A stretch of 64,000 nucleotides of DNA from an uncultured Gaiellales bacterium (lineage in GTDB: Bacteria; Actinomycetota; Thermoleophilia; RBG-16-64-13). Under the pieces are notes generated by a model. That model made no database searches. It saw only the letters and a list, made by a program, of their open reading frames with translations, and was not told where the DNA came from. The DNA is taken from positions 8,736 to 72,735 of the forward strand of contig CAYRES010000004.1 in assembly GCA_964423425.1 (NCBI GenBank), written 5' to 3'. The stretch's first letter is position 1. Each line of letters opens with the position of its first letter. A program made the translations under genes and the position numbers. This document shows, in pieces, positions 36,259 to 44,825 of the stretch.

Positions 36259-37290
36259 ATGGACCATTCACCTCCTGGAGCCCGTACGGCGGGCGCCGTC
36301 GCGGTCACCCTGCTTTTCTGGGGGTCTGCGTTCGCTGCCATCAAGGCAGGTTTGGACTCGTTTGGACCCGGCCAGGTTGCGTTGGGGCGCTTTCTGGTGG
36401 CTTCCGCCGCCCTCGGTTTCTACGCCTTTTCCGGACGGGTGCGTGTTCCCGCCTTGCGCGATGTGCCTGCGCTCGTCCTGATCGGGTTCCTCGGGGTGAC
36501 TGTCTACCATGTGGGCATCAGCTTCGGCCAGGTATCGGTATCTGCCGGAGCCACGAGCATCATCGTGTCGACAAACCCCATCTTCACGGCGCTCTTGGCC
36601 ACGTTCTTCCTGAAGGAGAGGCTACGGGTGTGGGGCTGGGTGGGAGTGGGCTTGAGCTTCTTCGGCTCGACGCTCGTGGCTTTCGGGGAGGGTGGAGGCA
36701 CGGGATTCAACCCGTATGCACTCTTCATCGTGATGGCTGCCGTGGCCACGGCCATCTCTTTCGTCATCCAGAAGCCCTACCTGCGTAGGTACAGGGCCAT
36801 CGAGATGACCACCTACACCATCTGGGTGGGCACCGCCTTCATGCTGGTGTTCCTCCCGGGCTTGGTGCGGCAGGTGCCGCAGGCCTCAATGGAATCACTT
36901 CTCGCGCTGGTGTACCTGGGCCTCTTCCCGGCCGCGCTTGCGTACATCACCTGGACGTATGCTCTCGCCCGTACGCCGGCGTCGGTGTTGACCACATATC
37001 TTTACGTGATTCCCCTGCTCGGCATCTTCTTCGCCTGGTTGTGGCGGGGAGAGGTACCGGTGCTGTTGTCGATTGGAGGCGGGGTACTGGCGCTTGCCGG
37101 AGTGGCTCTCGTGAACACCAAGGGCAGGGACAGGCCTGCCCTCGTACCCCCCGAGGCCGTGCCCGGGGCGGTGGTCAACGGGGCGGTGGACGACGGAGAG
37201 AACGGGAAGCCGTTCAATGAACGGGTCGACCGCAGAGGCGAGAGAGGAGACTTCGAAAGTCCTCGAGAGGACGAGCTCCGCTCACCTTGA
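36259..37290 (+). CDS. DMT superfamily (EamA-type) transporter
   Basis: Two EamA repeats (LLFWGSAFAAIKAG... and ALVYLGLFPAALAYITWTYALAR), ~10 TM segments, and a long charged C-terminal tail. Confidence 0.8.
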   Translation: MDHSPPGARTAGAVAVTLLFWGSAFAAIKAGLDSFGPGQVALGRFLVASAALGFYAFSGRVRVPALRDVPALVLIGFLGVTVYHVGISFGQVSVSAGATSIIVSTNPIFTALLATFFLKERLRVWGWVGVGLSFFGSTLVAFGEGGGTGFNPYALFIVMAAVATAISFVIQKPYLRRYRAIEMTTYTIWVGTAFMLVFLPGLVRQVPQASMESLLALVYLGLFPAALAYITWTYALARTPASVLTTYLYVIPLLGIFFAWLWRGEVPVLLSIGGGVLALAGVALVNTKGRDRPALVPPEAVPGAVVNGAVDDGENGKPFNERVDRRGERGDFESPREDELRSP

Positions 37291-37840
37291 GGGGCTGGGA
37301 GTGATCCGGAGGCATGAAGAGGAACAAGGGTATGCCCGTGAGCCCCAGCAGGCGTGCTTCCTCCCGGGCCTGCTGCAACCGGGGGTGGTAGCGGCCGGAC
37401 GTCACGGCCTCGGTCATGCCTTCTGGTTCGAGTCCCGCTTGGGCGGCAAGCGTGCGCAGGACATCGAGATCGCCTATATCGGCCGAGTCGGAGAAGTATG
37501 CGTTGAAGAGCAGGGAGTGGAGCTCTTCGAACCGCCCATGGTCACGGGCGTACTCGGCGGCGTAGAGGGCGGCCCGCGTATTCGGCATGCGGGGCGCCGG
37601 CTTGATCACGAAGCCGAACTCCTGAGCCCGGGCGGCTATGGCGTCGTACATGCGCGATACGTCGACTCCGGGCAGGTGATCGGGCAGCGACATGCCTTCC
37701 GGAGGCGTCTCCGGGTGAAGCTCGAAGCCCACCCATTCGACTTCCAGTGGAAACTCGGTTGCCAGACGGTCGGCAAGACCCTTGCCGATGAGGCAGAAGG
37801 GTCACATGTAGTCGGAGAATATGCGCACCTCGATGGCCAC
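37214..37840 (-). CDS. DsbA/FrnE-like thiol-disulfide oxidoreductase, predicted selenoprotein (UxxC; in-frame TGA at 37802-37804 read as Sec)
   Basis: The tabulated ORF (37214..37732) starts at a GTG mid-domain. Extending the same frame upstream gives VAIEVRIFSDYM-[TGA]-PFCLIGKGLADRLATEF. This aligns with the FrnE/DsbA-family N-terminus IxIxxWSDxxCPWCYIGK, and the TGA falls exactly at the first Cys of CxxC. GTG start at 37840 with GGGGAGG RBS. A stem-loop lies 14 nt downstream of the TGA. Confidence 0.65.
37770..37788 (-). promoter_or_regulatory. Candidate bacterial SECIS hairpin downstream of the in-frame UGA
   Basis: mRNA UCGGCAAG-GGU-CUUGCCGA: an 8-bp stem with a G/U-containing apical loop. 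The stem starts 14 nt 3' of the UGA. Confidence 0.45.
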
Positions 37841-37923
37841 AGTTGTGCCTCCCCACTTCGAGTACTATGGGGCTGAGTGTTCCCAGGAGTCCGCTGCCGA
37901 AAACAACCAGGATGAGGTGAGAA

Positions 37924-38292
37924 TTGGCTACTCCGAGCGCCTATGCCGCTCACGGTCGGGGAGCACTGAGCTGTGTCCTGTGCGCCCGGCTGGCTCAAGG
38001 TGAGGAGCTACTGGGGAACGAGGCTGCCGCGGTTCTCGCGGATGCGCCTGCGCGTGGAGGTATCCAGCGTCTCATGGTGGTTCCCCGCAGGCACGTCGAC
38101 CTGCTCGTTGCCCTCTCGAGCGAGGAGGCCTGTTCGCTATACGGACTCGTGGACGAACTGCGGTCGGCACCTGGTTATGAGAGCCGCCCTCTCGCCTATG
38201 ACATGACTGCGCTTGAAGGCAGCGGCACCGATGGCTCATGCGGCCACGCCTGCGTCGAGCTTCGGGCTCGCTTCCACACCCAGACCCGATGA
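37924..38292 (+). CDS. HIT-like domain protein (degenerate histidine triad)
   Basis: CVLCARLAQGE...NEAAAVLAD...RLMVVPRRHV resembles the HIT fold N-half (C.FC.I..GE..........D.......P..HV). The classic HxHxH is not intact (GHACVEL). Confidence 0.45.
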   Translation: MATPSAYAAHGRGALSCVLCARLAQGEELLGNEAAAVLADAPARGGIQRLMVVPRRHVDLLVALSSEEACSLYGLVDELRSAPGYESRPLAYDMTALEGSGTDGSCGHACVELRARFHTQTR

Positions 38293-38379
38293 CGTTTTCC
38301 GTCCCCACTCTTGCCTACAATTCTCTGCGGGCCGCCCATACACCATGGCGGCGGTTGGTCTCGAAGAGGAGGCAGGAAG

Positions 38380-38655
38380 ATGACGCTCAGGCACCGGATA
38401 GGCTGGTCCGCACTGGCTGCGGTGATTGTGGTGGCGATGCTCTCACTGGCGAGCACGCTCTCCGTCGAGGAGTCCGCTGAGGAACGGCCGGGCCCGTACG
38501 TAGCCTACCTGTCTCGCACATACGTTGCACCGTGGTTGGGGCAGGAGGCGGAGTCGGTCGCGTCCGTATGGTGGTTGCCGGGCCGACTCAACGATGTCGC
38601 CGTCGGCGGACAGCTGTTCAGCTGTTCCGTGCCACCGCCCGTTGGTATATGGTAG
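38380..38655 (+). CDS. Small secreted/membrane-anchored hypothetical protein
   Basis: Signal-peptide-like N-terminus MTLRHRIGWSALAAVIVVAMLSLAST. No recognisable domain. Confidence 0.4.
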   Translation: MTLRHRIGWSALAAVIVVAMLSLASTLSVEESAEERPGPYVAYLSRTYVAPWLGQEAESVASVWWLPGRLNDVAVGGQLFSCSVPPPVGIW

Positions 38656-38700
38656 TAGACGAGCGGAGCCGGGTTCTCTCGTGCGGAGGTCCGATCGGAG

Positions 38701-39495
38701 ATGGCGGAGTGGTTCGAAGTGGTGAGCCTTGAGGTCGGGCTGTGGGCTCTTGTCGAACCGCATGCCGATTCGGTCACATCCTATCTTGTCGAGGGCAGCG
38801 AAAGGGCGGTGCTCGTCGACACCGGTCTGGGTATCGGAGATATGAGGGCCGCGGTCGAGGAACTCACCGACCGCCCGATCCTCGTGGTCAATACGCACGC
38901 CCACTACGATCACATCGGGGGCAATCGCCTGTTTGAAGAGGTGGGTACTCATCCCGATGCAGCACCCATGGTGGAAAGAGGTGTCCCGGCCGACCGGCTC
39001 TCCTGGCTGGTCGATCCGGGGTCCTTTCTAGCGGAGCTACCCCCAGGTTTCGTGAGCGAGGCCTTCAACATACCGCCTGGGTCGGTGACTCATCTGTACG
39101 ACGAAGGCGACGAGATCGGACTGGGCGATCGATCGCTCCGGGTGCTCCATACTCCGGGCCATGCAGCGGGCTGCATCTCGCTCTTCGACTCCTCTCGGCG
39201 CGTGCTCTTCTCCGGCGACGTGGTGTATCCGGGCAATCTCTTCGTCTGTTTTCCGGATTCGGATTTCGACGAGTACTGCGCAAGTATTCAGCGGATGGCC
39301 GCGCTTTCGTCGCAGGTGAGGCTTCTGTTACCGGGCCATGGACCATTCCCGCTCCCGTTGGATCTCGTACGGAGGCTCAACGACTGGCTCCATGCGGTTG
39401 TTGCCGGGCAGGTCTCCTCGAGCGTCTCCTCTTCTCCCTGGGGCACCGTACGGGTGTACGAAGGCCCGGATTTCAACCTACTGCTTCACCTCTGA
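38701..39495 (+). CDS. MBL-fold metallo-hydrolase
   Basis: Metallo-beta-lactamase motif VVNTHAHYDHIGGN, with downstream His/Asp ligands (HTPGHAAGC, GDVVYPGN). Confidence 0.9.
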   Translation: MAEWFEVVSLEVGLWALVEPHADSVTSYLVEGSERAVLVDTGLGIGDMRAAVEELTDRPILVVNTHAHYDHIGGNRLFEEVGTHPDAAPMVERGVPADRLSWLVDPGSFLAELPPGFVSEAFNIPPGSVTHLYDEGDEIGLGDRSLRVLHTPGHAAGCISLFDSSRRVLFSGDVVYPGNLFVCFPDSDFDEYCASIQRMAALSSQVRLLLPGHGPFPLPLDLVRRLNDWLHAVVAGQVSSSVSSSPWGTVRVYEGPDFNLLLHL

Positions 39496-39696
39496 GCGAG
39501 AAGCGATTCGCCCGGACGGCGTGGGGGTGAGTGACCATGTACCCGCAGCCTTGAAGACACCATGGGCATGAGATGCTGGGGCCCCGCCGTGTGCCTTCAA
39601 AGAGGCCCGGCTCACGTGTAGTATGGCGGAGCAAGGGCCGACGGGCCCGCACGGGGCTTCGATGTCCGCCGTTCACCTTCGCAAGGAGGCGCTACG

Positions 39697-39900
39697 ATGG
39701 AATGCAAACGCGAAGAGAATCTCGAAACCTGCGCCTGTTCCTATGGTTCGTGCAGCAGGAGGGGTATCTGCTGTGAATGCATAGCCTACCATCTGAAGAG
39801 CAGGCAGCTTCCGGGTTGCTGTTTCAGCCCCGAAGCCGAGCTCACCTACGACCGGTCTTTCGAGCACTTCGCGCGACTGGTTCGGGAGGGTAAGGTCTAG
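39697..39900 (+). CDS. Small cysteine-rich protein (8 Cys in 67 aa), probable metal-binding; resembles a Clostridia-type DUF
   Basis: ETCACSYGSCSRRGICCECIAYH....LPGCCF Cys pattern. Strong RBS (AAGGAGG) 7 nt upstream of the ATG. Confidence 0.6.
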   Translation: MECKREENLETCACSYGSCSRRGICCECIAYHLKSRQLPGCCFSPEAELTYDRSFEHFARLVREGKV

Positions 39901-39923
39901 GGGGCTACCTTGGCACATGGCCT

Positions 39924-41279
39924 TTGTGCCACTCGATGCAGGAGGGTGTGGTGGTCGAGTCCTTGCTCGTCGCGGTGCTGGTGCTTCTTGCGGTGGTGGC
40001 CGTACTGGTAGCCACTTTGCTCTATCGTCAGAGAGGCGGTGGAGTAGGGGCGATGGTTGCGCCCCACGTCAAAGCAGTGGCGGATGGGCAGCGACGGCTG
40101 GAGGAACTGCTGCGGGAGGATGCGGTCCGCCGTCGCGAAGGAGAGGCGCGGGAGGCGGCGAGGCTCCGGCACGATACGGCCGAATCCGTGCGAGGTATGG
40201 GCGACTCCGTGGTGAATGTCATGGCGCGGCTCGGCGAGCAGCAGCAGGCCCAGATCTCCGCCATCGACGCTCGTCTCGCTTCCCTCACCCGCGTGAACGA
40301 TGCCAGGCTGGAAGCGCTCCGTGGGGTGGTCGATACCAGGCTGCGTGAGCTGCAGGAGGAGAACGGCATGCGCCTCGACGAGATGAGGCGTACGGTGGAC
40401 GAACGCCTGGAATCGAGTCTGGAACGCCGCCTGGGTGATTCGTTCCAGCAGGTCAGCGAGCGCCTCGAAGCCGTACACAAAGGTCTTGGGGAGATGCAGG
40501 CTCTCGCCCAAGGAGTGGGCGATCTCAAGCGCGTACTGACCAATGTGAAGACCAGAGGCACGTGGGGCGAGGTTCAGCTCGGGGGACTACTTGAACAAGT
40601 ACTTGCACCCGAGCAATATGTGGCCAACGCCTGCTGTGTGCCACACAGTTCGGAACGGGTGGAATACGCGGTTCGTCTTCCCGGGAGGGGCAATGGGCAG
40701 GCTGAGTGTGTGCTCCTCCCCATCGACGCGAAGTTCCCTCTCGAGGACTACGAGCGGCTGGTGGAAGCGCGTTCCGCCGATGATCGCTCCACTGCCGAGC
40801 AGGCAGCGAGGCAGCTGGAGTCCCGGGTGAGGAAGGCGGCGAAGGACATCAGATCCAAGTACGTGAATCCTCCCCACACGACCGACTTCGCGATTATGTT
40901 TCTGCCCACGGAGGGGCTCTTCGCCGAAGTATTGGGGCGGCCCGGTCTCTCCGATGCCCTCCAGCACGACCACAGGGTGGTGGTGGCCGGTCCCACCACG
41001 TTGGCGGCTCTTCTCAACAGCCTGCACGTGGGTTTCCGGAGCGTGGCCATCGAGCGTCGCTCCAGCGAGGTATGGGAATTGTTGGGTGCGGTCAAGACTG
41101 AGTTTGCCCGATTCGGAGAGATGCTGGCGAAGGTCCAGCAGAGGCTGCACCAAGCTACCGAGAGCGTCGACCGGGCCACCAAGGCCACACGGTCGATCGA
41201 GCGTAGGCTGAGGGATGTAGAGGAGTCACCGGTGAGGGTGGACGGAGTGCACGTGCTCGACGATGATGGAGCACAGTGA
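39924..41279 (+). CDS. rmuC: DNA recombination protein RmuC
   Basis: N-terminal TM helix, long coiled-coil region, and the RmuC C-terminal block GTWGEVQLGGLLEQVL...YVNPPHTTDFAIMFLPTEGLF...VVVAGPTTLAALLNSL. Confidence 0.9.
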   Translation: MCHSMQEGVVVESLLVAVLVLLAVVAVLVATLLYRQRGGGVGAMVAPHVKAVADGQRRLEELLREDAVRRREGEAREAARLRHDTAESVRGMGDSVVNVMARLGEQQQAQISAIDARLASLTRVNDARLEALRGVVDTRLRELQEENGMRLDEMRRTVDERLESSLERRLGDSFQQVSERLEAVHKGLGEMQALAQGVGDLKRVLTNVKTRGTWGEVQLGGLLEQVLAPEQYVANACCVPHSSERVEYAVRLPGRGNGQAECVLLPIDAKFPLEDYERLVEARSADDRSTAEQAARQLESRVRKAAKDIRSKYVNPPHTTDFAIMFLPTEGLFAEVLGRPGLSDALQHDHRVVVAGPTTLAALLNSLHVGFRSVAIERRSSEVWELLGAVKTEFARFGEMLAKVQQRLHQATESVDRATKATRSIERRLRDVEESPVRVDGVHVLDDDGAQ

Positions 41280-41490
41280 CGGGGCAGAGAGTCGGGTTAC
41301 CGGTAATGATGAAGTCGGCCTCCTCTTGCAGCCGCGAGGCCGGAGTTCTTCCGCTGATGAGTCCTTCGGCCCGGTTCGGACGGATGGAGGGAGGGTAGAA
41401 GGACAGGAGAGGCAGAGCACGGTTGGCCGCGTGCGGTTGTGGCCGGCGTAGGGTTGTGTCTCGTGAAGCAGCACGACTCAAGGAGGGATT

Positions 41491-41724
41491 GTGAAGCTGG
41501 AGAGTCTCAAGAACAAGCGCTGGGAGGACTTCACCGGCACCCAGAAGATTCTGCTCATGGTGGGTGTCTCTCTGCAGGTGAGCCTCTTGGTCTCGGCCTT
41601 ATGGGATATCGCTCGCCGGCCGAAGGAGAAGGTGAGAGGCAGCAAGGTCATGTGGACGGGGCTGGCTTTTGTCAACTACGTCGGTCCGGCGGCCTACTTT
41701 ATTATCGGCCGGCGACGCGACTGA
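41491..41724 (+). CDS. PLD-nuclease N-terminal domain (PLDc_N) small membrane protein
   Basis: ILLMVG....VS..LWDIARRP...V.G.K..W.....FVN.VGP.AYF..GRR matches the PLDc_N family. 77 aa, GTG start. Confidence 0.7.
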   Translation: MKLESLKNKRWEDFTGTQKILLMVGVSLQVSLLVSALWDIARRPKEKVRGSKVMWTGLAFVNYVGPAAYFIIGRRRD

Positions 41725-41768
41725 GATGGTGAGGACGGCGTACATACTCGACGCACGAGGAGGGCGAC

Positions 41769-42224
41769 ATGAACAAGGACGACAAAGGTCTGCCGGAAGT
41801 GAAGCTCGGTGCCACGGTGGAGCATGCCAAGGACAAGGTGCAGGACCAGCTTCATCACGCTCTCGACCAGGCCAAGTCAACGGCCGCTCAGGTGACTGCC
41901 GGTGAGGCGCAGGCGAAGGTGCGCGAAGAGCTGAAGAAGCGTGCCCAGAAGGCCAGTGGTCCGGTGGGCGAGGCGGCTGACAGTCTGCGGGGAGTTGCCG
42001 ATACCTTGCGCGGCAAAGAGGTGGAGGAAGCAGCCAAGATCGTGGATCAGGCGGCGGACCGCCTCATGGGCATCGGTGAGTACTTGAGCTCACTCGGTCT
42101 CGACAAGACTGCACAGCCACCGAGAAAGACGGCGGTATCGTGGTGGCCTTTCGCACTCGTGGGAGCGGTCATCGGCGTGGTATTCGCCCTGCGGTGGCTC
42201 AAGCCTTCAGGCGAGGACCACTAG
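41769..42224 (+). CDS. Hypothetical protein, helical with C-terminal TM anchor
   Basis: Lys/Ala/Glu-rich helical repeats. C-terminal TM segment WWPFALVGAVIGVVFALRWL. No recognisable domain. Confidence 0.5.
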   Translation: MNKDDKGLPEVKLGATVEHAKDKVQDQLHHALDQAKSTAAQVTAGEAQAKVREELKKRAQKASGPVGEAADSLRGVADTLRGKEVEEAAKIVDQAADRLMGIGEYLSSLGLDKTAQPPRKTAVSWWPFALVGAVIGVVFALRWLKPSGEDH

Positions 42225-42249
42225 GTTTCTCCAGAGGAGACATGGGCCC

Positions 42250-42279
42250 CTGACGGCGGGGCGGCAGCCCCGCCGTCAG
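42250..42279. terminator. Hairpin terminator between convergent genes (13-bp stem)
   Basis: ctgacggcggggc-ggca-gccccgccgtcag, directly after the stop at 42224. Confidence 0.6.
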
Positions 42280-42285
42280 AAATGT

Positions 42286-42323
42286 GGTGTGCTCCCCGCG
42301 GCGCAGGCTGCGGGGAGCACACC
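42286..42323. terminator. Second hairpin terminator serving the convergent ferritin gene (14-bp stem)
   Basis: ggtgtgctccccgc-N10-gcggggagcacacc. Confidence 0.6.
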
Positions 42324-42334
42324 AACAGCGAGCG

Positions 42335-42847
42335 CTATTCAGCGGCAGCCGGAGGTGTGAACACTCTGGCGGCGAGTTCTTGGTCGAGCATGAAGAGCCC
42401 GCCGGGTGCGTCCTTCATCAGTTTCACCTTCTGCAGGAGGGTGTCGGCCGAGGCCTCCTCTTCAACCTGCTCGGCGATGAACCACTGCAGCATGTTGGCG
42501 GTGGCGTGATCTTTCAGCTCAATGGCCAAGTCCATCAGGCTGTTGATGCGGCCGGTCACGAATTGCTCATGGGCCAGCACGTTCTCAAAGACGGCCTGCG
42601 GCCCCTCCCACTCCGAGGGAGGCTCTTCGATGGCGCCGAGATGTACGCGCCCCCCTCGCTCCACGAGATAGCCGAAGAGCTTCATGGCGTGGGAGGACTC
42701 CTCCAGGGTCTGCACCTGCATCCAGTTCGCGAAACCCGGCAGTCCCGCGTCCTCGAAGTAGGCTTTCATCGAGAGGTACAGGTAGGCAGAGTACAGTTCT
42801 GCATTGACCTGTTCGTTTATGGCCTTCTGCATCGCGTCGACGATCAT
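42335..42847 (-). CDS. Ferritin (non-haem, Ftn-type)
   Basis: Ferroxidase-centre helices ([22 protein letters not shown].., [13 protein letters not shown]...). Start chosen at [13 protein letters not shown]. Confidence 0.85.
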   Translation of the reverse strand: MIVDAMQKAINEQVNAELYSAYLYLSMKAYFEDAGLPGFANWMQVQTLEESSHAMKLFGYLVERGGRVHLGAIEEPPSEWEGPQAVFENVLAHEQFVTGRINSLMDLAIELKDHATANMLQWFIAEQVEEEASADTLLQKVKLMKDAPGGLFMLDQELAARVFTPPAAAE

Positions 42848-42938
42848 GGTGATGCACCTCATGGTCGGTTTCCACGGCCAACAACTGGTCCGGCCGGCAT
42901 GCCGACGGAGCACGCCGCGACCGGTCTGGAGGTGAGGG

Positions 42939-43118
42939 CTATTTCGCCTTCAGAGCCTTTTCAATGAGCCTCACTTTCTCGGCGCCGAAGTAACCGCAGC
43001 GGCCCTTTGTCTCATCCGGTTCGATGCTTTGGTCTCTGATGTACTTCGACACTTTACCCTGCGATACGCCGATTGCTTCGGCAATCTTGCCTGCGGTTAA
43101 CAGCTTCTCTTCTGACAC
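42939..43118 (-). CDS. Small helix-turn-helix DNA-binding protein (excisionase/MerR-like HTH)
   Basis: [32 protein letters not shown]... is an HTH. GTG start with AGGAAAGGA RBS. The longer 142-aa ORF upstream is low-complexity. Confidence 0.5.
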   Translation of the reverse strand: MSEEKLLTAGKIAEAIGVSQGKVSKYIRDQSIEPDETKGRCGYFGAEKVRLIEKALKAK

Positions 43119-43629
43119 GTGTGCGGATCCTTTCCTGTTGCCTGCCTGCAAATGCTGAATGACAGCGGGGTTGCGGGGCCAGGGCGGACGGACTCGACTC
43201 GGCTGTTGAGGCGCCCGTCTCATCCCGGGCAGCTCAGTTCGACCGGAGGTGCTCATGTCTTGCGGAGGCTGCCGTCTCCTCCTGCCCGGCTCTGCCGCAC
43301 CATTACCCAGGGAGGTTGATTTCGTAACCCTGAAGACGATGGCGTCCAGGTGCGATAATCTAAACATGGAAGGGAGGTGGGCTTGTGAGACGGTTGTGTG
43401 CGTGCATCGGCGGAGTGGTCACTGCGTGCGTGGGTATAGCGGTCGCCGCCGTGGTGATTGCGGCGGTTTCGCCGCCCGCACCTGGTGGCGGCGTAGGCGG
43501 TCTGCTGCTCTTTCTTCTCGTCGGTGCCGTCGCGGCCTATCTGCTCTTCGCGCTGGCATACACGCTGCTCAGGCGGGGTTGCTTCCGTCGGGGGGGGTGC
43601 AGCGGCAAAGACAGAGGTGAAGTGAGCGC

Positions 43630-44328
43630 ATGATCCTGTGGGGCAAGATATCTGAGTTCTCCATCTTTGCCGTGCTGCAGTTCTTGGCCCAGTACCGCAT
43701 GACGGGAGTTCTCGAGATCCAGGACTTCGAGGAGTTCGGCTCCATCTATTTGAGTGAGGGCCGGGTCGACGCTATCTCACTACCACTCTCCGACGATCTC
43801 CTGGGCAAGCGCATGGTCGCCGCCGGAGTGATCAACGAGGAGCAGCTCAAGGAGTGCCTGCTCTCCGCCACCGACGAAGAGAGCCCCACCCCCTTGGGGG
43901 TAGCGCTTCTGCAGAAGGGCTACACAGACAGAAAGACACTTCAGGAGATTGTGAATCGCCAGATTCACGATCAAGCCCTCGAACTTGCCGATTGGAAGTC
44001 CGGCACCTTCCGTTTCGTGCTACCCGATCAGCCGTTCCACTTCTCCATCACACCCTCCATCGACGTGCAGAGTCTCTTGCTTGAGGCATCCCGACGGCTG
44101 GATGAAGGAGAGAGACCGCGTCGGGAGAAGATCGAGGTGGAGGACGAAGTCTGTCTCACCTGCACTCTGCCCTGCTCCGAGGAGATCAAGGCCCGCTTCT
44201 TGAAAAGCGACATCTGTCTGTGGCGGAGCATGCCCACCATCGCCCGTGACCATACCTTTCTTGCGCCCAAACGCCGGCGGAGGAGAGACGAGGTCGATGA
44301 GCACGATCCCGAGCTCCCCTTCCTCTAA
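43630..44328 (+). CDS. DUF4388 domain protein
   Basis: N-terminal block LWGKISEFSIFAVLQFLAQYRMTGVLEIQDFEEFGSIYLSEGRVDAI fits the DUF4388 consensus (L.G.L......dlLQ.l.....tG.L.......G.i.f..G.iv.A). Confidence 0.7.
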   Translation: MILWGKISEFSIFAVLQFLAQYRMTGVLEIQDFEEFGSIYLSEGRVDAISLPLSDDLLGKRMVAAGVINEEQLKECLLSATDEESPTPLGVALLQKGYTDRKTLQEIVNRQIHDQALELADWKSGTFRFVLPDQPFHFSITPSIDVQSLLLEASRRLDEGERPRREKIEVEDEVCLTCTLPCSEEIKARFLKSDICLWRSMPTIARDHTFLAPKRRRRRDEVDEHDPELPFL

Positions 44329-44346
44329 CGTGAGGATCCTGTATCT

Positions 44347-44808
44347 GTGCGCATTGAGCTAGTCTGTGTCGGCCGCCTGAACGCAGAGACCTCCCCACTG
44401 TTCGCTCACTACGCGAGACTGCTGCGGCCCTACGCCACGCTGGATGTGCGAGAGGTTCCCTCGGTGCCGGTGTCCCGGGGACACAAGGTGGTGATGGCGG
44501 CCGAAGGCGACCACATCCTTGACCGTCTTCGGCAGGGGGCCTTTGTCGTGGTGCTCGATCGTGCAGGAAGGGCATTCAGCTCAACCGAGCTCAGTGCGTA
44601 TCTCTCCGATCGCAAGGTGGGAGGTGCGAGCCATTTCCAGTTCGTCATCGGGGGAACGTTGGGTCTGGATCCCCGAGTGGGGGCACAGGCGAATCTTCAC
44701 TGGTCTCTGTCGCCGCTCACCTTTCCCCATCAACTCGCGCGGTGTATCGTGGCCGAGCAGCTCTATCGGGCGTTTCGCATCGAGCGGGGCGAACCGTACC
44801 ACTACTGA
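44347..44808 (+). CDS. rlmH: 23S rRNA (pseudouridine1915-N3)-methyltransferase
   Basis: SPOUT-fold RlmH motifs (VVLDRAGRAFSSTELSAYL, FVIGGTLGLDPRV, LSLSPLTFPHQLARCIVAEQLYRA). Confidence 0.9.
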   Translation: MRIELVCVGRLNAETSPLFAHYARLLRPYATLDVREVPSVPVSRGHKVVMAAEGDHILDRLRQGAFVVVLDRAGRAFSSTELSAYLSDRKVGGASHFQFVIGGTLGLDPRVGAQANLHWSLSPLTFPHQLARCIVAEQLYRAFRIERGEPYHY

Positions 44809-44825
44809 GTGAGAGGAAGACGGGA

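Noticed and set aside
43385-43633. 82-aa hydrophobic ORF overlapping the DUF4388 start (ATGA)
   Set aside because: Possibly a real small membrane protein, but its composition is Ala/Val/Gly-rich as expected from GC bias, and there is no RBS. Left unannotated.
37900-44330. Accessory-looking stretch (HIT-like, MBL hydrolase, Cys-rich protein, RmuC, PLDc_N protein, ferritin, HTH protein, DUF4388) considered as a possible phage-defence island
   Set aside because: There are no nuclease/helicase/ATPase/methyltransferase hallmark genes and no integrase, repeats or attachment-site duplication. RmuC and ferritin are core housekeeping genes. The composition matches the rest of the window.
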